Positions 1-12,400 of a DNA stretch of 64,000 bases are shown piece by piece (position 1 is the stretch's first letter; every line of letters starts with the position of its first letter). Source of the DNA: Takakia lepidozioides (taxonomy: Eukaryota; Plantae; Bryophyta); the NCBI GenBank assembly GCA_030704615.1, contig CM060733.1:14508001-14572000 (forward strand), given 5' to 3'. The position numbers and the translations under genes were made by a program. Below the pieces are notes generated by a model, which was not told the origin of the DNA, made no database searches, and saw only the letters and a program-made list of their open reading frames with translations.

Positions 1-135
1 CAAATTCAAATGTTCTCACCTAAATTCAAATGTATCCCCTTAAATTGCGACGTCCGGGCGTCGCACTTTGTGACCCCCGGACGTTGCTAATTCGACATTG
101 CACCCTCCCCCGAATTAAAACAAATAAAGCCTGGA

Positions 136-1745
136 TTGGGGCACTGCCGCGCCTCCCTAGGCCACATCAACAACCCCCTTCCTCCCATCCCCTCATTATA
201 TTTGCAATCCTATACCCTCAAGTACCACCCCGCGAACTCTCATTACACTGATGGATCCCTTACTAAATCTAATGCAGACTATGGTATCTTCCACGCAGGA
301 ACATTGAGAGGGGTTGCCCTTAGTCTCCCTGGCCCTGTAACCATTCTCAGGGCCGAACTTATGGCCATGTACGACGCTCTCCTCCTATTTGACACCTTTC
401 CCCCACCATACTTCATCTTCACCGACAGCCTTACCTCCTTATTCCTCATCCGCAACCACATTGCTCGCCCCTCCTCCCACCATCATCATCCTGAGCGTAA
501 CCTCATTTCAGCCATTGTCAACACTGCCATTTTAAAAAAACACCCAGTCCACCTACTCAAAGTACGCTCGCATACTGGCATTCAAGGGAATGAGGAGGCC
601 GACCTCCTAGCTCAACTTGGTGCTACCAAACCCAAAACTAATCCCACGAACGAACCTATTCACATCGCCTACACCCACCCTTTCTGGTTTATACACCCAG
701 TTCCGGACTTTACTGCACCACGACCCATACGCAATCTCTTGCCCCCCTCACCCGTGAAGCAAACAAACAAGTCGTAGCCTCTATCGGTCATACCAAAGTA
801 CATATTAAAAAATGGACCCAATCCGAAGTATTACACCACAAACTTTCGAACCACTTTTGGCAAACCAAAGCTACCGCTGACGCACAAATCCGCCAAACAC
901 TCATATTTAGATACGCCCAATACATGGGTCACCGACGCAAACACATTTTCTGGCCACATCTTTTCTCATCACCTTACTGCCCACTGTGCACCACAACCCA
1001 CAATGCACGTGAGACCTGGCCGCACCTCCTAAGCCAATGCACACACCCGGTCATCCATGGTCTTCATATCACTCGCCACAACCAAGCAGTCTGACATCTC
1101 TACAAACTATTCACAAAACGCGCCGAAACCCGATGGTTCACACTCATTAATGTCGGTACCTTCCAGGGGAAGCCACCAGACCACACAGTACTGTCATGGC
1201 TTTTACCATGCACATACCATTCTCACAGTTCATCATCCACGAGTTTACATTCTGCCACGATCGAGACTCCAACGATTCAATCTTATAAAAAACGACAAAA
1301 ATACGCCCCACTCATTCTTGCAATTCGTCAACAGGGATGGAAAAATGGCCCACTCACAGTCATCACTGCTGGAACCCGGGGCGGCATACACAACGCCAGT
1401 ATCAATGATTTACATGACAACTTCAAAATACCCATCCTCTCAATCCATCAATGCTTCAAAGCAATCCACCTCACAACACTCCGCTCCCTTACAGCCATTA
1501 TCATCAACAAACGCCAACTGGAAGCTAGCCCTTCTAGTGCACCCTGGGTCCCCTGGGCCGGGTTCCCCTGGAAACCCAGGGGGTTTATAGCAGCCCCCCC
1601 CCCTCTCTCTCTCTCCCCGCGGTTACCTAATGTCCCACAATAAACCCTTCATTTTATAGGGCCTACCCCCAAAAGGGGGCAGTAGCCGTTAGGTGAAGTG
1701 GCTCTTAGTTACGCCGGCTACGGCCAGAGTCTTCTATCTCTCTTC
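136..1745 (+). mobile_element. 3' part of a degenerate non-LTR retrotransposon (Dualen/RandI-like): RNase H + CCHC Zn finger + restriction-like endonuclease
   Basis: ORF 136-777 has RNase H motifs YTDGS, RAEL, FTDS, KVRSHTGIQGNEEAD. Manual translation gives YCPLC..ETWPHLLSQC (~975-1040) and IIHEFTFCHD...KRQKYAPL....GW...VITAGTRG (~1230-1385), a REL-type pattern. Stops and frameshifts present; ends in a CT-rich tail near 1740. Confidence 0.7.
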
Positions 1746-1787
1746 GACATTGCAGAGTAGGTTTTTTTTTTTTTTTTTTTTTTTTTT

Positions 1788-1985
1788 CGACGCCCGGGCG
1801 TCGCAAGACACTTCGGCTTCGCAAGTCGCGGTGGCGCAAAATTGCGACCCCCTTCGGTCGCAAAATTGCGACGTTTTTTTTGGCGACGCCTTTGCGACGC
1901 CTGGACGTCGCAAAATTGGCCCCTCCCCCCTGGCCGAAAAGGGCTGTTTTGCGACGCCGCGGCATGGCCGGGGCGTCGTAAACCC
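1788..1985. repeat. cluster of GC-rich palindromes (GCGACG..CGTCGC), TE subterminal-like; related copy at 46-100
   Basis: cgacgcccgggcgtcgc, ttgcgacgcctggacgtcgcaa and gcgacccccttcggtcgc follow a poly-T run at 1762-1787. Confidence 0.6.
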
Positions 1986-2009
1986 CTCATTTTCCTGTAG
2001 TGCCAAGGT

Positions 2010-2210
2010 TGGCCTGGGTAAGGGCATTATGGCGCCCCCGGCGGTCCCCCCCCCCCCCTACCTAATACCTGAACCCGTGCCCCCGCTATGCACCAGATTA
2101 TGCCCCTCAAATATCCCCTATCTAACTCACATTATACCGACGGCTCCCTCACCGGATCTAGAGCTAGCTATGGTATTTACCATGCCGCTTGGTGTAGCAT
2201 CATCAACCGG
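2010..2210 (+). pseudogene. second, diverged fragment of the same LINE RNase H N-terminus
   Basis: LKYPLSNSHYTDGSLTGSRASYGIYHA matches LKYHPANSHYTDGSLTKSNADYGIFHA in ORF 136-777. Confidence 0.7.
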
Positions 2211-3654
2211 ATCTGCCCGGCCCATCAAAATCTGAACTGGTATATAGTTCACGATTTAAATCCTACACAAATATGATAGAAAGAAAGGAATTTATTGTGC
2301 CACTTGGATCCTAAGAGATAAAAAGTTTCAACCAAAAAGACGAGACTTGAGCTCATAACAACAAGGCGTAAGATACACGGAGGCCTTACCATTGTTTTAT
2401 TGATATGAAGTTTTATGGAATTATGTTATGACTAATAATAATGTATTTTAATTTTGAAGTGATTTTTTAATTATTTAAAGGAAAGGGACAGAAGCCCTGT
2501 TGATCAAATTAAATAAGAAGGAGGGGTGGAAAAGATAACCACCCGGGGGGGGGGGCTGCTGTGAGGCTTATTGAGGGGGAACTTCCCCGGAACCAAAGCG
2601 AACATGCTAAGTGAAAGGAGCAAGGAAACCCAAAGGGATGTCTTTGAGAAGGACGGGTCGAGAGAGTGGTGTGGGGGGCCTAGAGAGATGTGGTAGGGAT
2701 GGGGGGGGATTAGTAGCAGGATTCGAAGTGATTATGAAGTGACGTTCTATTTTTAAAATGAAATGTTGTGTGTGTAGATATGACGGACGTATAGTTATCA
2801 CGAAAGATAAAGTGTTGACAAAGTCGGGGATCCTGATTTGCATGGAGATATTATTGCATTTGTACAAGTATGATCTAATTGAGATTGATAATCGGTTGTG
2901 TGTTCCGAGAATATTAATTGAAATTTGTGGACAAAGAAAACACAAAGAAACATAGAATCGAAAACTTTGGTACCTGATGACCCAAGTAGTAATATCGCAA
3001 GGGAAGTGATTCTCAAAGTTGGACAGCTTTGTTTAAAGAGAAATTTTAAGAAGGCCTGTGTTAGCCCTCATCAAAAAGACTCAGACAAGTAAGAGGTACC
3101 CAAGATCTATGTTTAGGTGGTGTTTGCATGCAGGCGAAAGAAGGAGCAGAGATCCGCTCTGGCAGGAGTTCTACAGATTCTTCAGAGTGGTGGGACACGA
3201 AATGTGAGGAGGTCAGGCTGTCTTCATTTAGGACATGAAGAGTTTGTCTAGGAGGGCTTGTCACTGAAACTGGCGGCATGATGATGTTTTGTGGACAGGA
3301 TTGTTCCCAATTGCTTACATTGGTGACATTGTTGCTTTTTCTCTCAAAAGAGCAGAAAAAAAGAGCTTCTTACTTTTGCTGGTCTTTGGTTGTTCTTGCT
3401 TGCGAGAAGGCCATAAAAGCAGGTCACTCAAGGTTGTTCCCTGTTGTTTGAAAGATGCTTGGAGCTTTCCGGGTTTGTGCGAGGCTGTAGTCGAAGCTCC
3501 GGTTACTCAACCTCCACTTATTGTCTCTACAGAGAAGTCCCAGTTCACCAGACTTCAGACATAAACGCAAAAAGGACGACCTTTGGGTTGAGGGTTGGTC
3601 TAACCCTCCATGGGTGAAAGCTAAGCTAGCTGCCATAGTTCAAGGTCAAGCACA

Positions 3655-6177
3655 ATGTGTTATGTGAGGACACTATGTATGGCAGGACGAGTGAAAGAAG
3701 CCCTGCATGTTTTGAACCAGCAGGATATTTCAGCAGACACCAAAACTTACGTCTGTCTCTTGCGTGAGTGCATTCACATGCAAGACCTAGCAAAGGGAAA
3801 GCAGGTGCATGCCCACATTATCTACAGTGGATACAAGCCAAACATCTTTGTACTGAACACCCTTGCCAATATGTATGTGAAGTGCGGCAGCCTAGTGAAT
3901 GCACGCCTTGTGTTTGACAAAATGCCTGAACGAGATATGTGTACATGGAATATAATGATGGCAGGATATGCCAAGCATGGGTGTAGTAGAGAGGCTGTTG
4001 AGATGTATGAGCAAATGATACAGGAAGTGGTGACACCCAACAGGGTCACTTTCATTTGTGTTCTCAAGGCTTGTGCCAGCCTGGCAGCCCTGGAAAAGGG
4101 CATAAAGGTACATGCTGATGTTATCAAAGCTGAAATTGGGCCAGATGTGGTTCTGGAGACTGCCCTTGTTGACATGTATTCCAAATGCGGAAGCATGAGG
4201 GATGCACGTCAAATGTTTGACAATATGTCTGGACGAAGTGTGGTCTCATGGAACGCCATGATCGCAGGGTATGCTCAGAATGGGTGTGGTATGGAGGCTT
4301 TCGAGATCTATGAACAAATGGTAGTGGATGGGGTGATGCCTGACAGGGTCACGTTCGTTTCCGTCCTCAAGGCATGTGCGAGCCTGGAAGCCCTGGAAAA
4401 GGGCATAGAAGTGCATTCTGACATCATCAAAGCTGGAATTCCACAAGATGTTATTCTGGAAACGGCCCTTGTCAATATGTATGCCAAATGTGGGAACTTA
4501 AAGGATGCACGTCAATTGTTCAACAGTATGGCTGAAAGAAATGTGATCTCATGGAACGGGATGATCGCAGGATATGCTCAGCATGGTTGTGGTCGGGAGG
4601 CTTTCGAGATGTATGAGCAAATGATACTGGAAGGCGTGACACCTAACAAGGTCACCTTCATTTGCATTCTCAATGCATGTGCCAGCCTGTCGGCCCTGGA
4701 CAAGGGCACACAGGTCCATGGTCATGTGATTCAAACTGGAATTGCGCCAAATATTATTCTGGAGAATTCGCTTGTCGACATGTATGCCAAATGTGGGAGC
4801 ATAAAGGAAGCGCGTCGAGTCTTCGACAATATGGCTAAAAGAGATGTGGTTTCATGGAATGCAATGATAGCAGGATATTCTCAGCATGGGTGTGGTAAGG
4901 AGGCCCTCCAATTATTCGGAAAAATGCAACAGGACAATATAGAGCCGAATGTGGTCTCTTGGAGCGTGATGATTGGAGCATTTGCTCAATGTGGGCGGGC
5001 TATGGAGGCTTTCAAGATGTATGATCAAATGATACAAAAAGGGGTGGCTCCCAACAAGGTCACTTTCACATGTGTTCTCAATGCGTGTGCCAGTGTGGCA
5101 GCCTTGGAGAAGGGCAAACAGGTCCATGGCGACATCATTGAAGCTGGATTTGTACCGGATATCAATTTGGGGAGTACTCTTGTCGACATGTATGCCAAAT
5201 GTGGGAGCCTAAAGGATGCACGGCAAGTATTTGACGATATGACTGAACGAGATTTGGTCTCTTGGAGTGCAATGATCGCAGCATATGGTCAACATGGGTT
5301 TGGTAAGGAGGCCCTGAAACTATTTGAACAAATGCAACAGGAAGGCTTGAAGCCGGACAATATCACCTTTGTTTGTGTTCTCTCTGCCTGTAGCCATGTG
5401 GGCTTAGTGCATGAAGGCCGTCACTACTTTGGTTCCATGAGTCAAGATCATGACCTCACTCCTGCAGTGGAGCATTTTGGGTGCATGGTGGACCTGCTTG
5501 GCCGTGCTGGGCGATTGCATGAGGCTGAGGACTTCGTTAACCAAATGCCACTTCAACCAGATGCTGGGGTTTGGGGGGCCTTGCTGGGTGCCTGTAGAAT
5601 TCATGGTGATGTGCACATAGCAGAACAAGCAGCAAAATGCCTTCTCAAGTTGGATCCATTGGACGCCGCAACTTATGTGCTGCTTTCGAACATCTATGCT
5701 GCTGCTGGCAGGTGGGACGATTTAGTGCATGTTAGAAAATTGATGCAGGACAGAGGTGTGAGAAAGGAACCAGGGCGGAGCTGCATTGAGGTAGACAATC
5801 AAGTGCATACATTCCTTGTGGATGACAGATGCCATGGACAAATTGAAGAAATCCTTGCTGAGCTGAAGAGATTGTTTGGGCAGATGAAGGAGGCCGGGTA
5901 TGTGCCTGACACACGCTTTGCATTGCACGATGTGGAAGAGGAGGTAAAGGAATCTTCTCTTTGCCACCACAGTGAGAAGCTGGCCATTGCTTTTGGGCTG
6001 ATCAGTACACCCCCAAGGACACCTATCCGCATCGTCAAGAACCTTCGGGTTTGTGGTGACTGCCACACTGCCTCCAAGTTCATCTCAAAGATTGTCGACC
6101 GAGCCATTGTTCTCCGGGATACTAACCGCTTTCATCATTTCCAAGACGGGGTGTGTTCTTGTGGGGATTACTGGTGA
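3655..6177 (+). CDS. PLS-class pentatricopeptide repeat protein with E1/E2 and DYW cytidine deaminase domain (organellar C-to-U editing factor)
   Basis: 840 aa uninterrupted ORF with 18 P/L/S motifs, E1/E2, PG box (KEPGRSCIE), HSEKLA, CGDCH and terminal CSCGDYW. The true start or an upstream transit-peptide exon is uncertain. Confidence 0.96.
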   Translation: MCYVRTLCMAGRVKEALHVLNQQDISADTKTYVCLLRECIHMQDLAKGKQVHAHIIYSGYKPNIFVLNTLANMYVKCGSLVNARLVFDKMPERDMCTWNIMMAGYAKHGCSREAVEMYEQMIQEVVTPNRVTFICVLKACASLAALEKGIKVHADVIKAEIGPDVVLETALVDMYSKCGSMRDARQMFDNMSGRSVVSWNAMIAGYAQNGCGMEAFEIYEQMVVDGVMPDRVTFVSVLKACASLEALEKGIEVHSDIIKAGIPQDVILETALVNMYAKCGNLKDARQLFNSMAERNVISWNGMIAGYAQHGCGREAFEMYEQMILEGVTPNKVTFICILNACASLSALDKGTQVHGHVIQTGIAPNIILENSLVDMYAKCGSIKEARRVFDNMAKRDVVSWNAMIAGYSQHGCGKEALQLFGKMQQDNIEPNVVSWSVMIGAFAQCGRAMEAFKMYDQMIQKGVAPNKVTFTCVLNACASVAALEKGKQVHGDIIEAGFVPDINLGSTLVDMYAKCGSLKDARQVFDDMTERDLVSWSAMIAAYGQHGFGKEALKLFEQMQQEGLKPDNITFVCVLSACSHVGLVHEGRHYFGSMSQDHDLTPAVEHFGCMVDLLGRAGRLHEAEDFVNQMPLQPDAGVWGALLGACRIHGDVHIAEQAAKCLLKLDPLDAATYVLLSNIYAAAGRWDDLVHVRKLMQDRGVRKEPGRSCIEVDNQVHTFLVDDRCHGQIEEILAELKRLFGQMKEAGYVPDTRFALHDVEEEVKESSLCHHSEKLAIAFGLISTPPRTPIRIVKNLRVCGDCHTASKFISKIVDRAIVLRDTNRFHHFQDGVCSCGDYW

Positions 6178-7233
6178 AGCTAGCAACATACATCAAGTGT
6201 GTCCCCTCAAACAATGTGGAAAGGTGATAGTCTACCATTATTTCAGTGAGCAAATAGTATGTTGCAATCATTGAATGCGACAGTGACCGTTGGTAATCAT
6301 CATTGAACAGAAAAAGTTTGTGGACAACCTTCTGGCAAAGTTGTTGACAGATGGGATAGAACTATACATATGGAGATCCGGGAATCAAAAGTTTGAATCA
6401 TCAGACATCCCAATGCTTATGGACACCTATTCCTTTTGCTGGCCTGATGGATCCCGGCTGTCCATTGATAGGAAGTGTTGTCCCCAACATCGCTGCCTGT
6501 GGTGAGATTTAATTCTTCATTCTGATGAATTTCCTGCTCTTAAAAGCAGCTGTTCTTGGACACTTCAAGCTAGAAAGAGGAGTGAGGATTGGAAAGTCAA
6601 AGAGTCGGGGCAAGTGTGCTAATCCCGTCTCTTAGATGTGGAACAGAAAGGCGGATCAATTACTTTGAGATGCGAGTGTGGAATTAGTGGGGTTGCAATT
6701 ATAATGATGAGGTTGGCAATACCTCACCCAAGTATTTTGCCTCTGGGATTAAGGGAGGTGACCGCATATATTGAAGTCCATGGTGGTCACCATTGAAGTC
6801 CATGAAACCCCTGAAACCCATTTCATATAATTAGACTGTTACTTCACCAATAGCACTGTGAATCATAGAAAACCAGGCTGCACCACCTTTTGGAATTTTA
6901 GCTCCAAATGCAGGATTCACATGGTTCGAAAAGGGAAACACCCTGTCACAAATCAGGCCCCCTAATTATAGTGACAGGAGAAAATAATCTCTTTCAAAGT
7001 AACCTTGCCATGAGGCTCCGAGCGCAAGGCTGAGGAAGTAATGTACCCAGAATCACCTGTAGTGTTATAACTTAATCGCGATTTCTCACTTACACCCACA
7101 TTTAGGGGTTAGGGAAAAAGTGGATCCGTGAAATTAATAACTCTGCTCGATTTAAAACAAGCCTAAAACGGTGATGGGCTCTCTTTGGTTTGGCAAAACA
7201 TAAGAGGAGGTGAGAGTAAGGGGCATGACGAAG

Positions 7234-7557
7234 TACAACACAATAGGAGCCTTGACACGGTGTAAGGTCCTTTGACCACATTTTCTCCATTGACTTGAAC
7301 ATGTTGCAAAGTCTCTCTACAAGAGAGACTAAGGTCCTTTGACCACATTTTGGACTACTAGGAATAATGGAGGGCATAGGAACAATTCCTGCTCCTACAA
7401 CACAATAGGAGCCTTGACACGGTGTAAGGTCCTTTGACCACATTTTCTCCATTGACTTGAACATGTTGCAAAGTCTCTCTACAAGAGAGACTAAGGTCCT
7501 TTGACCACATTTTGGACTACTAGGAATAATGGAGGGCATAGGAACAATTCCTGCTCC
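7234..7557. repeat. 2 x 162 bp tandem duplication overlapping the tRNA 3' end
   Basis: Units 7234-7395 and 7396-7557 look identical. Each holds two copies of aaggtcctttgaccacatttt and the hairpin agtctctct-aca-agagagact. Confidence 0.93.
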
Positions 7558-7625
7558 CGGCGGGGTTCGAACCCGCGACCTTCGGCTCATAAGACCGATG
7601 CTCTAACCAACTGAGCTACGGGAGC
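7552..7625 (-). tRNA. tRNA-Ile (anticodon UAU)
   Basis: Reverse complement GCTCCCGTAGCTCAGTTGGTTAGAGCATCGGTCTTATGAGCCGAAGGTCGCGGGTTCGAACCCCGCCGGGAGCA folds to a cloverleaf with intact A/B boxes; TATATA lies ~30 nt upstream (7654-7659). Confidence 0.93.
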
Positions 7626-9449
7626 TCACAAACTTTCATTTCGGAGTTAGGACTATATACTGACTCTTATGTCAGGATCAGCCCCCCTCCTTGGCAGTGG
7701 ACACCAATTGCTATGTTTGTTTGCTTGGATTATTTTCCACAGCCACCAACTATGTATAGGCACCCCTGTTCCAGAGGCCGTTTCCCACGTAGGATCGGGC
7801 CTGTCCTACGTGGGGCTCACCTTTTATGCCAGACCATGCGTGTGTGTGTGGAGGTGTTGAAGGAGAGCAAGCATGGCAGCCTCCTCTCTGCTTCACTCTG
7901 CGCAGCTGCCCACCTTTTCGTTCTGCAGAGCTGCAGAAATCACAAAAGAATCGAGCCACAGCTTCACCCAGCTTGCCACTAGCCATGCCATGAATTCAGC
8001 CAGGAATTCACCTTCTTTCCACACTCCAGAATATTGCTCCGGGATTGCGGTGGCTACTAGAGACGGGTGGGACGATTTTGTGCATTTACGAGACCTACAG
8101 AGTTTCCTTCTGCGACGAAGAGGTTACAAGCGAGAGTTTCAGAAATTTTCCCCGTGCCAGGTTCAGATTTTCGTTGTGGATGTTTGAATTCCCCAGGGAA
8201 GTTTTGGAGGGTAAGGATGCGGGGAGGCCGGCAAAGAGAGAGGCGCATCTGCAAGGCGCGAGGAGGATTTGAACAAGATGAGAAAGGCGAGGTCGAATCG
8301 GGCGCACATATTTGCATGTTTCCACTGCAGTAGGTTTTCTTCTCTCTATGTACGAAGGTGTAAAAGTAATACGTATCATTTGCGGTCCTCATCACCTCAG
8401 TCCCTTCCCACTTTCGACTCCCGATTCCTCTACAGATCCTCCTCCTCTATCCCGTTTTATTACTTTATGTTGTGTGTATGTGTTGTTGACCCTCTCCATG
8501 TATCTATGGATTGCCGATTGTGAGAACTTGGCAATTTTCATGGTTTATCTAGATCCCTCCGGCTGGTGTCCAATCAGAGAGGGAGAAAGTAAGGGAAGAA
8601 GCGACAGGTTGAGTGTATGAATTACTTTTGCAGAGAGAACAGACGATGGTTCTCCTGAGTCTCTCTTTGGAGCGATCACTTTGTGTCCTCCCCACGTCGC
8701 ATATCCTCTGCATTATCTCTCCATATTATCTTGAATCTCTCTAGCTCACCTCCCACTCACCTTGCTTGAAGAAATGAATAATTAACCATGGACAATAAGC
8801 TTTTTGAATCTGCTTGGCAAGCTTCTAAATGAGTGGTATGCACTTGCCAATGTCCACTTTACATTCAGGGGTCAGTTTTGAAGCTACATATGCATGAAGT
8901 ATTGTGTCAGGGAAATAGACACATGCACTTTCAAGTGTTGGTCTATTCATGTAGCTTGCGGAAGTCGACTGTTTAATCTGAATTTCACTACTGCAGGAGC
9001 TCGTGTTTCCCGACAGAAACTGGCCAACTCCATGTGAGCTTTTCTTCTAACCCTAACACCTTTTGAGTGTGTTGGCACGGAGTTGTAAGGTCCTGAAATC
9101 TACCCTTAGCTTCTTCAAGGCCAGAGGCTTTCTGCTTCTTCACCTTTGAGCAATGTAATTGTTGTGGCTTGGTATCTTAGCCTCAATCTCCTCCACTGCC
9201 CTTGAGGGCATAGTCTCTACTGAACCCTCCTGGAGCTGGTTGTGGAGTTTCTATCCACCAAAGCATGGAAGCCCAGCCTGAAGTTGCCATTGCCTCACAC
9301 ACGACAAGTTTTTATGCATAACTAGTGTAGATATCACGCCACAGAACTCTTGAATGTTTATTTCCTCGAGCCCCAAGTGTGGCCACAGATCAAACACTTC
9401 AATCATAAGGAAAAGTGCACAGAATGCAAAGAACAGTGGACGAAAGAGA

Positions 9450-12400
9450 ATGTACTCATAAGACGTTGTTTGCCGTAGCCTTGTGGCCATTGACCCCGCG
9501 CCCAGTTTGAGCGGGAACAAAAGGGACAGAACCTACCTCTGTCAGGGGCTGACGTTGGTAGTAAGACTTACCTTCATATATAGAATTACTCCGGGTTTTC
9601 CAGATATCCTCTAGAAATCCCTTCACACAAGCATCAATCTGCTGTGTGTGATTTGCCCAAAAACTAGGCCTCAGGAGGGCCTGGGCTTTTGGCTCAGCCT
9701 CGAGACTTTCAAAGTTGGTAAACAGGGGTACAGGCACAATTCCCTTGATAGATTTGAAGAGAGCGTCTCTTTGGTGAGAGAACCCCGGACAGTGTATCAG
9801 AAAATGAATACTGTCTTCGCCCACACAACGGGCAATTGCACTCTCCCTTTCCTCTCTGCTTCTGTTTGCTGTTCAAAGGTAGGCTTCCTGCCCTGAGTTT
9901 AAATTTCAGTCTAGTGCCGAGAGTGGGTAGACCCTTGAGGTCATCCAAGATGTCCTCCCCCATGTCACAGACTGGAAACAAGTTCAGGGAAGTTTTCTGC
10001 CTAACTTCATTTTCATCAGACAATCTCATGGCAACAGACATGGCTGAGGACGCTACAGCCTCTAAGTCAGATTTATCCAGCAGGGTCAAGACTTGCGGAT
10101 CCAGGTCCAGGACCTTGAGGATCTCTTCTACTCTCTTCTGCCAGGACCTAGCCTGTTTGACAGGGCGGTCCTGTTTCCAAGATATAGAGTCGATTAACTT
10201 AGGATATCTGGTGTTGGGCATATGTTGCAGCTGACCCCACCATCTGACCTTGAATTCATCTCGTCGGGAGCTTAAGGACGGAATGCCAAACTCACCCGAA
10301 CAGCCACATTGGCTGTTTTGGAGCATGCTGACATACACTCCTTAAGCACCCCCACTTGAATGGATTCTAGAGACTTAGCCTGGTTGGAGTTATCAACCCA
10401 AATTGCAGATCCGTACTCCAAGGCAGGTCTAATAACGCGACAAAGCATGGTTTTCTTAACCTCAGAGTTGACCCCTCTGCAGTGGAAAAATTTAGTGAGC
10501 CCCAGAGCTTTGCCCTTGCCAGTTTGAACAACTTTCCGGATATGTGCATCCCAATTACAATTGGAGGAGAACTCAACGCCCAGGTAAGTGTAGGAAGGGA
10601 GGACCGGGATCTCTTGGCTACCCCACTGCCACTTAAGATCACTTCCTCCCTCTCCTCTGTCGTTGAATGCTACCACTGCACATTTGCTGACATTAGCCTC
10701 TAACCCCCAAAGATCAAAGTATCTCTTCGCGCAATCAATCAACTCCTGGAGATTGGTTGGAGTCTCCCCTATGCCTGCGAAGTCATCCGCAAACATAAGG
10801 GCTGGTATGGTGGTATCACCCACCCTTAACCCAAATCCCTCACTTTCCACATCCTCGAGGAGTTGATTGATGAAAACATTGAGGAGCAGAGGGGAGAGAG
10901 TACATCCTTGAGCTACACCTTGGTCTATGTCAAAGAAGTTGGACTTCTGTCCGTTAACAGTGACACAGCTTTTGGTGTGAGCATACAAGTTGTGGACAAC
11001 TCTCCACATCTTTCCCTTGATCCCACAAGACCAGAGGCGGAACCATAGGCCATCTCTCCACACTGTGTCATAAGCCGTTTTGACATCCAGGAAAAAGACA
11101 TAAGTGGGTTTCCCTTCTTTTTTCCTTCCCTGGAAGAGTGAAGATATGATCCACACAGCCCCTGTTTCGCCGAAAGCCAGCTTGGCCTTCGTGGAAACAA
11201 CCTCTAGACTCCAGATCAACCTCGAGACGAGTACTTATAGCTCTGCAGAATGTCTTGCCAACAGCATTGAGGAGCGTGATGCCACGGTAGTTCCCCGGTT
11301 CTTCTCTGTCACCCTTCTTGTATAGATTGACAATGACCCCCTGTCGCCAGCGAAAGGGGATCATTTCAGTCTTCCAGATAAGGTTAAAGAGGAGAACTAG
11401 GGCCTCTATCATGGGATCGCCACCGTGCTTGATAAGCTCGTTGACAATACCATCAGGTCCACCGGCTTTATATCCATTTAAATGTTCAATTGCTTCCACA
11501 ATCTCAGAAGAACTAATGGGAGCGTTATAAGCCATTGAAATATACTCCAGTTCATCAGGGCTGTTTTGAATCATAGGAACAGTTTTTCCAACTGTGTCCC
11601 TCCATTCAGCAGAAGACCCCTCACTGTTAGACCTAGAAGTTCTGCCAAGGATACTGTAGTGAGTTTCAAAGGTTTTGACAATGTCAACCGATGAAGTCAC
11701 CACTGCACCTTTAGTAGTCTTCAGCGCTTGTACTTGCTGACCGTTTTTCGGCTTGTACAAACGTTGAAGGGCCAACCAGAATTTCTTGTCATTACCACCA
11801 TGGTGGTTTGAGTTTATTTCACTGTATAACTTGTCCCAGTATAATTTCTTCTGAGACCTAACAAGCTGATTGATATCTTTACGGAGCTGGTAGTACCTCG
11901 CCCACAATTCTCTGTTGGTTTTCAAATTGCAGCACTCTTTATAGAGGGCTCGTCTCTCAGCTATCTTGAGTTTAATCTCATTGGTCCACCAATTAACTGC
12001 TCTACCGCAGACAATTAGTTTCCTCCCAATGATCTTGTCAGCCACGGAGGAAACGAAACTCTCCCAAGAGTCCACTGCTCTTTCGACTTCATTTCTTGCG
12101 TTAACAGAGCGTGACTGAAGTTCTTGGAGCGATTGGACAAAATGAGGGAGAGCCTCTTGCAAGGCCTGGACGTACTCAGCCTTGACCTCCTCATTGTGGA
12201 ATTTTTCTATGCGCCACTTCCGAATCGAACGTTTCACAGATCTCTTGGTGGTGGGAAAACACCTTTTGATCTCAGTCCAAACCAGGAAGTGGTCAGAGGT
12301 ACCAATATCAGTTCTGTCGATCAACACATTGGCACACTGGGGGAACAAAATTTTGTCCATTATGATATAGTCCACAATGGAACGTTCCCCAGTTTGGGAT

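Noticed and set aside
1693-2235. Overlapping ORFs with poly-Phe or poly-Lys
   Set aside because: Artefacts of the poly-T run and GC palindromes.
7102-7590. 162-aa ORF with internal repeat
   Set aside because: Starts inside the tRNA and simply reflects the 162-bp duplication.
9437-9470. ggacgaaa...ctcataag resembling a hammerhead
   Set aside because: The two half-motifs are on opposite strands; it is a TSD plus LINE terminus.
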